Of a DNA stretch of 19,627 bases, positions 1-11,699 are shown in pieces. The first letter of the stretch is position 1. Every line of letters begins with the position of its first letter. Origin of the DNA: Paecilomyces variotii (Eukaryota); NCBI GenBank assembly GCA_004022145.1, contig RCNU01000045.1. One strand, written 5' to 3'. The translations under genes were made by a program, and so were the position numbers. The notes below the pieces were generated by a model that ran no database searches, was not told where the DNA came from, and worked only from the letters and a program-made list of their open reading frames with translations.

Positions 1-1400
1 TAGCTTTTTATCTTATATAGATTATAATATTTTTTTTATTAATTTTTCTATAAGCTATAGATTAATTAAATTAATATAATTAATATTTTTATACTTTATA
101 AGACTAGTATTATAGAAATCTTCTTATAATAAATCTAGAGAAGTTAAGATATCTTTAAATAGAGCTTAGTTAACTAGCTTATTTATTTAAGTATTTAAGT
201 TACTTATAATAAGTTAGATAATATCTATATTTTTTATATTTTTAATAATTGTTATTTAATTTATTATTTAATCTAGAGTATAAGTAATAGAATTTTAATA
301 TATTATTAAATAATATCTTTAACTATTTAATAAATTAAATCTATTATTTATAATTAATTCTTAATATATTATCTTAAAATAAGTATTTTTACTCTATTAA
401 TAGTTAGCGCTAAATTCTTTAATATAAGATTTTTTATAATTATAAGAGTTAATAGATTATTAAAATTTTTAAAAAATATAATATCTTTAAAATATTTAAT
501 CTTATTTATTTTAAGAATTTAGATCTTATAAATATAATTATTATCTCCTTTATATCTAATTAAATATTTAACTTAAGTATAAGGTATTATTTTAAATGCC
601 TATTTCCTATCTTTTTTAAATATATAAAGATATATTTAATAGCTTTAAACTTATAGATATTTTAAGAAGAGGTTTTTATTTAATATATTAAAATATTTTC
701 TTTATTTTATAATAAGAGGTTTAGTCTTATTCTTTTATAGCAGTCTATTTATAATATAGATAATAGTCTTAATTATAAATAGCTAGAGATTCTTTAAGAG
801 TTTTAAAGCTATTATTATTATATAAACTAATAAGTTAAAATATTTTTTATAATATTTTAAAGTATTATTACTCTCTAAAGTTTATAAAGATATTAATTTA
901 ACCTTTAATCCTTTAGCTTTAGCTTAAGATTTAAAATTTAGAAATTCTTTATTATTATTTATTCTCTAATATTATAAGTAATAGCTTATTAGTAAAATAG
1001 TCTTAATCTCTTTAATAAAGGAAATTATATACTTTAAAGCTTTATCTTTTAATTTTAATATATAGATAAATTATATTCTTATAGTATTATTTATAATAAT
1101 AAGATAATTAATATATCTTTAAATTTTTAGTAGTTTTATAAGCTAAATATTTATATAGAAGAATTTTATTAATTATAATATATAGGGCTAAAAGTTTTTA
1201 AATATTAGTTATTTTATCTTTATTATATAATATACTTTATAATAAAAGTCTATATCTTTAATAAGCTAAATAATTATAGAGTTTAATTTAATAATAGCTT
1301 TAAGCTTTATAGCTTTAATATACTTTAATCTCTTATATAGAAGTTCTAGTAATATTATTAATATAATAATTTACTTATAAAGCTTAAGCTATAAGATATC
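1..1400 (-). pseudogene. Outer Ty1/copia (copia-A) pol relic: integrase HHCC, DDE core, C-terminal SH3-like region and linker
   Basis: Minus-strand reads: LLYKRLKY...DFYYKVY (ancestral LLHKRLGH...DFHCEAC) from ~1343; YLIIINNTIRI (IVDDATR) ~1090; RINNNKEF (RMDNGKEF) ~943-966; LLKNL*LFIIKTIIYIINRL (LPKNLWPFAVET.IY.VNRL) ~745-800; KYLIRYKGDNNYIYKI*I (GYLVGYEGDNGHIYKIWI) ~520-570. RT and RNase H would lie left of the window. Confidence 0.85.
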
Positions 1401-1405
1401 TTTAT
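1401..1405 (+). repeat. 5-bp TSD (TTTAT) of copia-B, left copy
   Basis: TTTAT immediately precedes the LTR at 1406 and recurs at 6730-6734 directly after the other LTR. Confidence 0.75.
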
Positions 1406-1678
1406 AGTTAAAAAGAATAAGTTTAGATAGAATTCCCTAGATTAATTTAATAGCTTAAAGGGCTAATAATACTTAGAGAGAAAGAGTATTAGCGCATATA
1501 GTAAATATAAAGTATATTTTTATATTCTTAGTTAGGGTAATAGATTTTATATAAAGCTTAAGAAATAGTTTCTTTAAACTACTTAATTTTACTAAAGTAA
1601 AATTATTCTTAAAGATTTTTTTAAAATAAAATCTTTATTATATTAAAATCTGCTAGTTCTAACTATTATTTTATAATA
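1406..1678 (-). repeat. 3' LTR of copia-B
   Basis: Colinear with 6457-6729 (shared core gagtattagcgcatata). About 37 differences by manual count, all transitions. Confidence 0.92.
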
Positions 1679-1688
1679 TTTTTTTTAG
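1679..1688 (-). other. Putative polypurine tract of copia-B (RIP-converted to an A-run)
   Basis: Minus strand reads ctaaaaaaaa directly before the 3' LTR. The position fits a PPT, with the Gs presumably converted to A. Confidence 0.45.
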
Positions 1689-1699
1689 TTTAAACTTAC

Positions 1700-4600
1700 T
1701 AAGTTAGTTAATCTTAATTAACTTAAAAATCTTAAAAAGTTTACCTTTAGTAGTAGTTTAGTAAAATTATCTGCTATTATATTCTATATTTTAATAAACT
1801 TAATATTAATCTTATTCCTTTAATATAGGTTATATATATAATAGTATATAATATTAATATATTTTAATCTCTTATAAATATAAGTATCTTTAATTAATAA
1901 TAATAATATTTAATTATTTTTATAGACCTTAACTAGAGAATTAATAATAAAAGCTTACTCTTCTCTTATTATTAGCTTAAATTTATTTAGATTAATATAG
2001 TATTTATATTCTATATCTTTTAAAAAAAGGGCTAATTATTAAAATTATTTTATAGTTTAATATATAATTATATATTTAGCCTTTATAGTTAAAGTTATAA
2101 TAAACTTTTATTTTTTATTTAATTAACTTATTAAGCTATTAACTAAAATAAAAATATTCTTTAAAATTAATATTTAATTAGTCTTATTTATTATATAATC
2201 TAAGTTTAAATATTTAATAAATTATTAGTCTTAATTTATATTAAACTTAAGATTAAAGTATATAGTTAATTATAAGTATTTTATAAAGAATTTTAATATC
2301 TTAAAGTACTTTTTAAATAGATTTAATAGATATTAATTTAATCTGCCTATTATAAATATAATATTTAATCTTATTAAGATTATTAAATAAATTAAGCTAT
2401 TAATAATCTTTTAATACTTTCTTTAATTTATTCTTTTATTTTAAGAGTTAAATAGTTTTAAAAAGTTATATCTATTTAATAAGATATTAACTAAGTATAT
2501 TTTCTCTTTACTTATTTTATATTATAATAAGAGTTTCTTAGTATAATAAGATTAGTCTATTATTAATATTTAGTCCTTCTTATTTTAAATAATTTAAATA
2601 TTAAAGATTTTCTTTACTTCTTTTAAATCTTTTATCTTATATACTAATTTAAACTTTTATTTAAACTAATAGATATTCTCTATTTATTTTATACTAATTA
2701 AGATATTATTAATATATATTAAGAATAAAATCTCTTTCTCTAAATATTATAATAAATATAGATTAATATTAATCTATATAAAACTTATTTTTTAAAATAT
2801 TTCTATATAGATTTAATTCTAATCTCTTATAACTTATTTTAAATTATATAGAGATTAAAAAACTTTTAATACTATTTTTAATAATATATTTATTTTTAAT
2901 AGAGGTATTATATAGATTTTCTCCTTTAATATTAACTTTATAAAGGCATTATTAATATTTATAATATAATACTTATAATCTTCTATTATAATAATAGCTA
3001 AGAATATTTATAATATATTATATTATAAGATAGAAGTAAAAGTATATTTAAAATTAATATTATATTTTTAAATAAACTCTTAAATAATAAGATATACTTT
3101 AAGCTTTTAAAAAAAACTATTTAGATTATACTTTATAGCTAATACTTAATAGCTAATTATAATATTAGCTCTTAATAATAATATAACTACTTTAAAAGTT
3201 TTATTTATTTTAGCTTTAAATATACTTTACTATAGTTTATTTTAAGTAAGGTTATTAATTATAGTATAATATAAGTTTAAGATTAGAATATATTTCTTTA
3301 TTATATATACTACTATTATAGTATTTAATACTTATTCTATATATTTCTTCTAGTCTATATTAATACCTAGAGGTAAAAGATTTAATATAAGTATTATTTA
3401 ATATAATTTTTTAATATCTTATTTATTATTTAGTAACTTAATCTTCTCTCTCTTATACTTTATTATATAAAGAATCTTTATATAAGATATAACTTACTTA
3501 TTTAGCAGAGATAAGAGATTTATCTATAAATTCTTATAATTATTTAAATTATTAAAGTAAGAATAATTAAATATTTTCTCTTATTCTATAATTTTACTAT
3601 AATAAAATATCTTAATTTTTTTTAGTAAAAAGCTTTCTTTTCTTTTTAAAGAAATATTTTAATTTCCTTTTAATAAAATATTTCTTTTTTTTTTAAAGAA
3701 AAATTAAAATTTTCTTATAGCTCTTCTCCTAATTATTAATATTATTTTTCTTTTTACTTAAGAATATATATATATTTAAGATAATAGGCTAAATTACTAA
3801 TTAATCTCTTAAGTTTTTTATTAATACTATATTTAGTAATAATCTTTAAAAAATCTTAAAATCTAGGTCTTCTCTTAATTTATTTTTAAAGAACTTAGCT
3901 TAATAAATCTTAATAGTCTTTTTTATATTTAAAGCTTAAACTTTTTATTATTTATTTATTCTCTTAATATATCTTATAAAAATATAGATCTTATTTTAAT
4001 TTATTAATTTATTTCTTTATATATCTTATAGTAAAGATTTTAAGTTTATATATAATATTATTTAATATCTTTATACTCTTAAATAATTAATTAATAACTT
4101 AATTTTAATAAAGGCTTTTTTTAAAAATATTTAAACTCTATTAATTATTAATCTATTTAATACTTTATTTCTAATATATATATTAATTTAAGCTGCCTCT
4201 ATCTATAATTTAATTAAAAAGTTTAAATCTTTAAATATAGCTCTTATTTTTTTTAATAGTTTAATATATTTATTTTTAGCTTTATTTTATATTAATATAT
4301 ATAAAACTATTAATTTATAATAAATACTAAACTATTTTTTCTAGATCTTAAAAAGATTTTTAAATTCTAGTATATTATCTAATTATATATTAAGAATTTA
4401 GAGATTTATTATTATTTTAATCTTCTTTTTTTATTTATTTAAGATAAGGGCAGTATTAAATTTAGCTCTTATTAAAAATATTTATATTTTTCTTAAAAAA
4501 TTATTTATAATTATTAAGAAGTAAATATATTTATTCTTAAACTTTAGCACTTAATTATATATATCTATATAGATAAATTTAAGAATATTAGCCTTTTATA

Positions 4601-6380
4601 TATTAATAGTCTTTCTCTTATTTTTAATATTAGTTATAATATATATTATATATTAGTAGTCTATTACTACTTTAATAGGCTTCTTTAATATAGTTAAATT
4701 ATATAAGTTTTTAATTTTTTTAAGTTTAAAATAATTAATTCTTTTATATTATAATTATACTTTTCCTTAATTTTATTTTAATAAAATCCTTTTTTTTCCT
4801 TAATTTTATTTTAATAAAATTCTTCTTTTTAATCTATAATTATAGTATTAAGAATATCTTTAATAAAAAGTAATATAATAAATATATATTATAACTTAAG
4901 TATTTAATTTAAGAAGATTCTTTTAATAATATAAACTCTATATTTAATAATATCTTAAATTATAACTTTATCTAACTTATTTAATATAGATATTATTCTT
5001 TTATTAAAATATTTATATATATTTAATTATTAGCAGAATATCTTAGTTAATAAGAGATTTATCCTAAGGTTTAGTATAAGTAATATATTTTCTAGGTCTA
5101 ATATCTTCTTATTCTTATCTCTTAAAATAGTTATTCTTATATATTTTAAATATAGAATTTCTCTGCTTATATAAATATATCTTTATTAAATTTAAATTAG
5201 TAGTCTTTTAAAATAATAGTTTTTATTAGTTATATATAAACTAATATTATTATCTATATATTATTAGAATAAATTCTTACTAGTAATATTTTTTAAAAGA
5301 TAAATAATCTTATATAAGATTTAGTTATTAAAAATAATTAAAGCTAAGAATTTTAATTAAGATTAGCTCTTTTTAATATTTAAGGTTTCTTTTATATTAT
5401 ATATTCTATATTTTTTATTTTTTAATCTCTTATTCTTTAAGGATTAAATCTTCTTATAAATTTTATTAATTATCTCTATTATTATCTTATTTTAAATAAT
5501 AAGATTATTAGATATTTATTTAAGAAATTCCTTTCTTTATCTTTAATTATTTTTTATATTTCTCTAAATAATAAATAAGAATAAGTAATTTTTAATATAA
5601 TAATCTTTCTTATAGATATAGTATTTAATAAAGATTTACTTATTTTTTATTAAGAATATAATAGTTAATTTTATTTAAAGTTAAGTCTTTATTTTTTTTA
5701 AGATAGCTAAAATATTATCTATTTTTAAATTCTTATATATATTAATTATTATCTTAATTATAATATATTCTTTAAATAATACTAAAAATAATTATTATAT
5801 TTTAGTCTTAAATTTAATTAAAAAAGATATTATATTATTAAATATTATAATTCTCTTTCTTATTTATTATAATTAACTCTAAATATTTAAAATTATTTAT
5901 CTAGGAGTTATTTAAAAATATATAAATAATTAAATAAGTTAGTATTTTTAATTAAGGAAAGTTTTTATATATTTTGCTTATAAAGCCTTTTATAATATAT
6001 ATATATTATTAGAGTTAATAAATCTATCTTAATTATCTTTAAATAGATATTTAATAATTTAATATTAAATAATTATATTAGCTTTATTAAAGTAATTATT
6101 ATATAGCTTTTTAATAAATTTAATAGCTCTTTAATAATCTTTACTAATAAGCTATTTTTTATATAAATAAACTATTTCTTATAGTTCTCCTTTAAAAGAG
6201 TAAAAATAAGTTTTCTTTTTTTATTTTTAATATTATCTATTAAGAATATAATAATAGCAGATTAATATTTTAACCTTTAATATAATTTAACCCTTATTAA
6301 ATTTAGTACTTAATATAGTATTAAAATAGTTTTATTATAAATCCTCTTATATAAAAATAACTTATTACTATTAGTTTAAA
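1700..6380 (-). pseudogene. copia-B gag-pol relic (ends approximate)
   Basis: Zinc knuckle YYIYKKDYYIKNY (CYIC...H....C) ~5585-5625. Protease *YIDNNISLYI (WYADSGASSHM) ~5230-5262. Integrase *LDNILEF (RSDNAPEF) ~4365-4390 and IRAIFKDLNFLIKL*IEAA ~4190-4247. RT: KLKVYLII*EF (KLKARLVARGF) ~3075-3105, SLYNLK*VIRD* (SLYGLKQAARDW) ~2820-2855, YINN (YVDD) 2705-2716. RNase H: KYINIIYY (KHIDIAYH) ~1840-1865 and ADNFTKL (ADGFTKP) ~1755-1775. Confidence 0.9.
4761..4826. repeat. 33-bp tandem duplication (2 copies) inside copia-B pol
   Basis: ttttccttaattttattttaataaaatcctttt is followed by ttttccttaattttattttaataaaattcttct. The period equals 11 codons and it lies just upstream of the integrase HHCC motif. 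Confidence 0.8.
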
Positions 6381-6444
6381 CTTAAATATTTAGAATAAAA
6401 TAGTTTTTACTATATAATTATTTTTCCTAAATTATTATAAACTT

Positions 6445-6456
6445 AGGCTTATAATT
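6445..6456 (-). other. Primer-binding site of copia-B
   Basis: Minus strand reads aattataagcct directly after the 5' LTR, the RIP form of GGTTATGAGCC(C), the copia-type PBS. Confidence 0.7.
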
Positions 6457-6729
6457 AGTTAAAAAAAATAAATTTAGATAAAATTCTCTAGATTAATCTA
6501 ATAGCTTAAAGGATTAATAATATTTAAGAAAAAAGAGTATTAGCGCATATAATAGATATAAAATATATTTTTATATTTTTAGTTAGGGCAATAGATTTTA
6601 TATAGAGCTTAAGAAATAATTTCTCTAAGCTGCCTAATTTTATTAAAATAAAATTATTCTTAAAGATTTCCTTAAAGTAAAATTTTTATTATACTAGAAC
6701 TTACTAGTTTTAACTGCTATTTTATAATA
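6457..6729 (-). repeat. 5' LTR of copia-B
   Basis: Direct repeat of 1406-1678. On the element strand it starts TATTA (ancestral TGTTG) and ends AACT. Confidence 0.92.
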
Positions 6730-6734
6730 TTTAT
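6730..6734 (+). repeat. 5-bp TSD (TTTAT) of copia-B, right copy
   Basis: Matches 1401-1405. Confidence 0.75.
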
Positions 6735-8305
6735 TCTTATATATATATTTAATAATTTAATTAGTATCTATATTTATTAATCTATTATCTTAAGAGTTAT
6801 ATTATATTTTATATAGTATTTTATTTTAAATTATAAAAAATAGATAATATTTTTACTTTAATATATATAGAGTATAAATAAAGATATTATTTATATAACT
6901 GCTATTAAGCTTTAAATCTAGTTTAATAATATATTTATTTTTACTTTTACCTAGAATATTATATAATTATATTTATATTATTACTTTTTTTACTAGTAAA
7001 ATCTCTATATTTAATAAACTAAGACTTATTATTATATATATTCTTATATACTTTTAAGTTTACTATTTAGCTAATATATAAAATAGGTATTATTAAAACT
7101 ATTATATCTATAAAGCTATTAAAATCCTTTTTCTCCTTATCTTATTTTTATAGACTAGAGTTAATTTTCTTTTAATTTAATAGAATTTAAATGCTTTTTA
7201 ATAAATACTATTAATTAAAGACTTCTTTTTTAAGATAATAATAATCTATAGAGTTATATTTAAATATATAGTAATATCTATATTTACCTTTAGAATATAG
7301 TTTTTTATTATATATTTTATAAATAAAGTCTAGAGAGTCTTTACTTAGAGATAGACTCTTTAATAATCTATTTAATTACCTAGTCTCTTAAGCAGAAGTT
7401 TTATTTATAGATATAGCTAAGATTACTTAAGTATTTTTATAAGATTTAGTTTAATTAATAGCTTTAAAGTTAAGTTACTAAAATTCCTTTATTATTATAT
7501 TTATTAGAGGTTTAATTTATTAAGCTTATTTAATATAATAGAAGTTAGTTTAGGCTAATATTTTAAATTTAAGCTATTTAAGTATTAGTATTGCTATATT
7601 AAAGAGCGAGAGAGTTAAGCCTATATTATTTAATTATTTTATATTAGGATCTAGTTATAGTAATAGCTTATTAAAATATAAAAAGTTTACTTAAAGCTAA
7701 GCTATAGTTAATAATCTTTTTAATTATTTTAATATACTTATCTGCGTAAATTAGCTTATTAAGTATAATTTTAATAGTTTTAATTAGCTTATAGTCTATT
7801 TAATTATTAATCTAGCTCTTTATTATTAAGCTAAGCTTTCTCTATATTTTATAGACTTTAACTTTATCTTAAAGTATAAGTTTCTTAATAAATATATTAA
7901 TTAAGTTCTTATAATCTATAGTTTTAAAGACTTTTTTAATTAGCTAAAGCTAATTATTAAAGTTATTATTATTAATTAATTATTTAGCTACTATAAATAT
8001 TTTATCTTATATAGTCTTTAATAGCTTTAATTTTTAATAGGTTATAATTACTAAAGCTATTAAAGAGATTAATGCTATTAATAATATTATTATCTTAAAG
8101 AATTAATTTAATTAAAGGTAAAGGTCTATTAGTTTAACTTCTTATTATAAGTATTATTTAATTAAAGCTTTTAATTAAATTAAAGCTTTAAAATATTTAG
8201 CTTATCTATTTAAAATAGTAATAAGGCTAAGCTAAGCTTAAAGCTAATAAAGATACTTAATTAAAGAACTATTTAAAGGCTAAGCTAAAGTAATTTATTT
8301 AATTA
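6735..8305 (-). pseudogene. Outer copia-A gag and aspartic protease relic
   Basis: Gag N-terminal *LINNNNFNN*L*LIKKVF (QLTGDDNFDNWLQSIE.VF) ~7925-7985 and I*RKLSL...YADKYIKII ~7725-7850. Zinc knuckle YKIYNKKLYSKGKY (CX2CX4HX4C) 7280-7321. Protease *IVNLKV..NIYNNKS*F (WIVDSGA..NMCNDKS.F) from 7069 downward. Removing copia-B joins this segment to 1-1400. Confidence 0.8.
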
Positions 8306-8309
8306 CTAC
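8306..8309 (+). repeat. 4-bp TSD (CTAC) of the gypsy element, left copy
   Basis: ctac|tgttgtggg on the left and cccactaca|ctac (18578-18581) on the right. Confidence 0.85.
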
Positions 8310-8649
8310 TGTTGTGGGAAGATATATTAAGACTTAGCATAGAGTCTTTAAGCAAGAAGGTATTAAGAAGGAAGAGAAAGGTATTTAGCTTTAGAGCTTA
8401 GAGTAGAGCTAGAAAAGAAGCTCTAGCTATAAACTAATATAGTAAACTAATAATAATCTGATACTAAACTAATATTAAACAATAATAGAAAGGAAAAGCT
8501 AATTATTTTATTCTAAATAACTAAAAGGTATTATCTCCTTATTATTCTTCTTCCTCTCCTACTTTACTTATAGACTTTTTAAAGACTTTAAATAAAAATA
8601 TATAACCCCTTAACTAATTATATTTTTTATACTGATCTTTCTTATTATA
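8310..8649 (-). repeat. 3' LTR of the gypsy element
   Basis: Colinear with 18238-18577. About 38 differences in 340 bp by manual count, all transitions, no indels. Confidence 0.95.
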
Positions 8650-8653
8650 TAGC

Positions 8654-8665
8654 TTCCCCCTCTCT
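8654..8665 (-). other. Polypurine tract of the gypsy element
   Basis: Minus strand reads AGAGAGGGGGAA, ending 4 nt before the 3' LTR. Confidence 0.8.
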
Positions 8666-8679
8666 AAAAGTAAATATCT

Positions 8680-11560
8680 CTATTTATCTTCTTTAGTTAT
8701 TGTAATCTATACTATCTCCTTTTTTTAATACTATAAATTATTCCTGAAGCAGGAATGCTTTAGTTTTTAATATTATATATATTTTAAAACTTCTAATTTA
8801 TAAAGCTAAGTTTCTTTCTTTTATAGATAATCTTAGACTAATAATATATCTTATTTTAGTATAAAATATAGCTCTGCTTTAACTTTTAAACAATTTTAGT
8901 TTAGTTAATTAAGTATTACTCTGCCTATAGCTATAATTCTATTTATTTAAATATTAAAAGGCCTAGATCCTCCTTAATTAAATCTTATCTTATTTTATTC
9001 CCTATAATTAAAACAATAGATATTATTAAGATCTATTTTTTAATTCTCTAATATTAGCTGATATAGATTACTAATAAAGGTTACTTCTCCCTGCCTAAAT
9101 ATAATATCTCTTAAACCTATAATTTTCTCAGACTTATTTCTAGCAATTAGTCTAATTCTTAGGATTATAAAGCTCTAGCCTATTCTTCCCTTAGGGATTA
9201 TAGACTCTATATTTAATACTCTTAGCTTATATCCCCTAAAATAGCGGACTTATAGCCTATATTTATTATAATTATATAGCACTAACTAGATTAAATAAAT
9301 CTAGATATCCTATATAATAACTTTTTAAAGAATACTTTTAGATAAGTTTTTAAGCCCTATTAATTTTTTATTCTCCTTCTTATAATAAAGAGCTGTTTTT
9401 ACTTCTATAGTAATATATTATAATATTCCTTTTATTAGTTTCTCTTTAAAGGGTATAATCTAGAAAACCCTATTTATTTCCTAATAATTAAAATCCTCTC
9501 TTATTATAATACTTAATTAGATATATTAGTCCTATATCTTATTTAAGGTAAAGTCTTCTTTGCTTAGGTTAAAATATTTTTTATTCTTATATTTAGATTT
9601 AGGATATTCTTTAGCCCTATATAGATTATCTTAAGCTTTATAGTATAAGCTGCTAGATATATTATTAGAAGTATTTATATTAATTAATCTAAGATCTCTA
9701 AATAGTCAAACTATCCCTAATACTAAAGATTTCTTAGGGAGAAAGTTTTTAAATAAAAATTCTTTAACTTCTATATTATCTCTATCTTCTATACTTTTAA
9801 GACTTCCTAAAATAAGACTCTTTATCCTTCCTTTAATTTAGCTATTGCTAGGTATGCCTAGCATCTGCTTAGCCTCTATATTATCTTTAAACTATATAGT
9901 TCTAGCATTCTACATATTTTTTAAATACCTAGTTTTTTTTTTAATAAAGAGGTCTTTTAAATTTACCGCAGAAAAAAAGGGCTTTATATTAATTTTTAAA
10001 GCTCTATTAAAAGGTTCTATTACCTATTTACTTCTAGAGGTTTTGCTTATAAATTATTTAGTTTTTTTAAATAAACTTCTATAAAGATAGGTTATTATTT
10101 TAAATAATCCTTTCTTTTATTACTTTATTATTGCCAGCTTTATATTTCTAATTATTTTTAATACTCCTCTAGCTTCTTTTATAGATATATTCTTTCTTAT
10201 ACTAATTATATTAGCTAATAATTATATATATAGCTTATAGATTAATTTAATCTTCCCTAAATTAACTTACTATAAAACTTCTCTAATCTTTTTAGTATTT
10301 ATATTTAGTCTATTTAGCTAGGTCTATACTTTAATTTCCTCTTTATCTAGGTAGTAATAATCTTTAAAGTTAGTATTAAATCTCTATTCTCCTTAAAACT
10401 ATTTTTAGTAGTCTATATTAATATTCTAGGATTTAAGATTATTATTATTATCTATAAGCATTTTTAACCTTTTTTTAAGGATGTTATTTTTTATATTCTT
10501 TAATCTTATTATGTTTTATATTTTTTTAATATAAATTTAGCATATAGCGGCGGGTTCAATCTTTTCTTCCCTTAAAAATTTTAATACTTTTTTATCTTCT
10601 AGATTAATAATAGCCTTTTTTATTAATATAAATATATTAATCTTATATTTATATCCTTTTTCTAGCTATTTCTCCTTATCTTAAGTTTTAAACTTTTTTT
10701 CCCCTTTTGGCTTCTTAGGACTCTTAATTTTTTTTTTCCCTTTCTTCTCCTCCTCTATATTTTTTTCTCTTTTATTTAATATTAGATCTATTAATAAGCT
10801 TTTACCTAAATCTTTTATCTAATATCTTTTCTTTTCTTTTATAATCTCTTCTAAAAAATTATTTTCCCCTATTCTTATTTTAATCTTTTATAGCTCTTTA
10901 TTAATAGGCTTTTAAAAAATTAGTCCTTCTTTATTAAGGGCTTTTCTTAAGATATTTCTTGCTTTTCTAATATTAGTTAGTTAAAGGCTCTTTTTAATTA
11001 ATATTTCTTATCTCCTAATATTATAAAGTCTATTAATTTATGCTCTTGCTAGATATATAGCTACTATTCTCTAGTCTTTAATATTAGATATTAATCCTCC
11101 TATAGCTACTAAGGTCTAATATAATTATCTAATAATTAATAAGACTTAGTTTATAGTCTTTTAGCCCTATTTCTCTATAGCTTTATAATAACCTTTATTA
11201 GTATATTTATAGTTCTTTTTTATTTATATTTTTAATTCTTTTAGCTTATTAATAGCTAGCACTTTTTTTTTTATTTCTTCTAATAGCTCTTATTAGTTTA
11301 AGAAATTATAAAAATTATTAGCTGCTTTATTGTGCCTGTTTTAAAAATTTAAAATAATTACTACTATATTGCTTATAAACTAAACTTTCTCTTCTTTATT
11401 ATTAGCTTTATTTATTATCTTTTTTATAAGCTCACAAATTTTGCTAACTATAGTATATATATATATTTTAAGTTAAAGAGCTTTATCCTAATGGACGATA
11501 TTTTATATTTCTAATATATTTTTTTTTATTTTTAATATATATCTTTGCAGAGCAATTCTT
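8680..11560 (-). pseudogene. RIP-degenerated additional ORF (ORF3) of unknown function, ~950 codons, ends approximate
   Basis: One minus-strand frame reads as protein throughout, e.g. KLAII, EAKQMLGIP, EEKIEPAAIC*IY, IFRQGEVTF. Its stops are sparse and almost all TAA/TAG, as expected from RIPed Gln/Arg/Trp codons. It includes an E/K-rich stretch at ~10560-10900. Confidence 0.65.
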
Positions 11561-11699
11561 TAAAATAGTTTTTAAATAAAAAGATATACTTAAAAGATAA
11601 AATAAAGTTAAGTTTAATTTAATTTAGTCTCTAGTTACTTCTGCTATAATATTATATAATATAAAAAGTAAGATTTTTATAACAAGATAAGAATTCTTT

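Larger units (their letters stand above)
1406..6729 (-). mobile_element. Full-length RIP-inactivated Ty1/copia LTR retrotransposon (copia-B), 5324 bp
   Basis: 273-bp direct repeats at both ends, a 5-bp TSD, a copia-type PBS relic, and minus-strand domain order gag knuckle - PR - INT - RT - RNase H. Confidence 0.93.

Noticed and set aside
7255-7321. Apparent C2H2 zinc finger of a host gene after de-RIP
   Set aside because: The same codons fit a gag CX2CX4HX4C knuckle, which sits in the expected place between copia gag and protease.
8220-8290. Recurrent (a)agct / gctaagct words suggesting a short repeat array or CRISPR
   Set aside because: There is no fixed repeat-spacer period. AGCT, TAG and CTA words are simply the RIP-resistant residue of a Gln/Pro/Ala-rich gag segment.
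9845-10084. Supplied 79-aa + strand ORF (TTG start, hydrophobic L/F/I/K-rich)
   Set aside because: It is antisense to the gypsy ORF3 relic and its composition simply reflects AT-rich RIPed DNA. There is no evidence that it is a gene.
11488-11514. + strand LMDDILYF resembling an RT YxDD motif
   Set aside because: It is on the wrong strand, lacks Y/F at the first position, is followed by a stop and has no flanking RT motifs. The real RT motif is at 14406-14417 on the minus strand.
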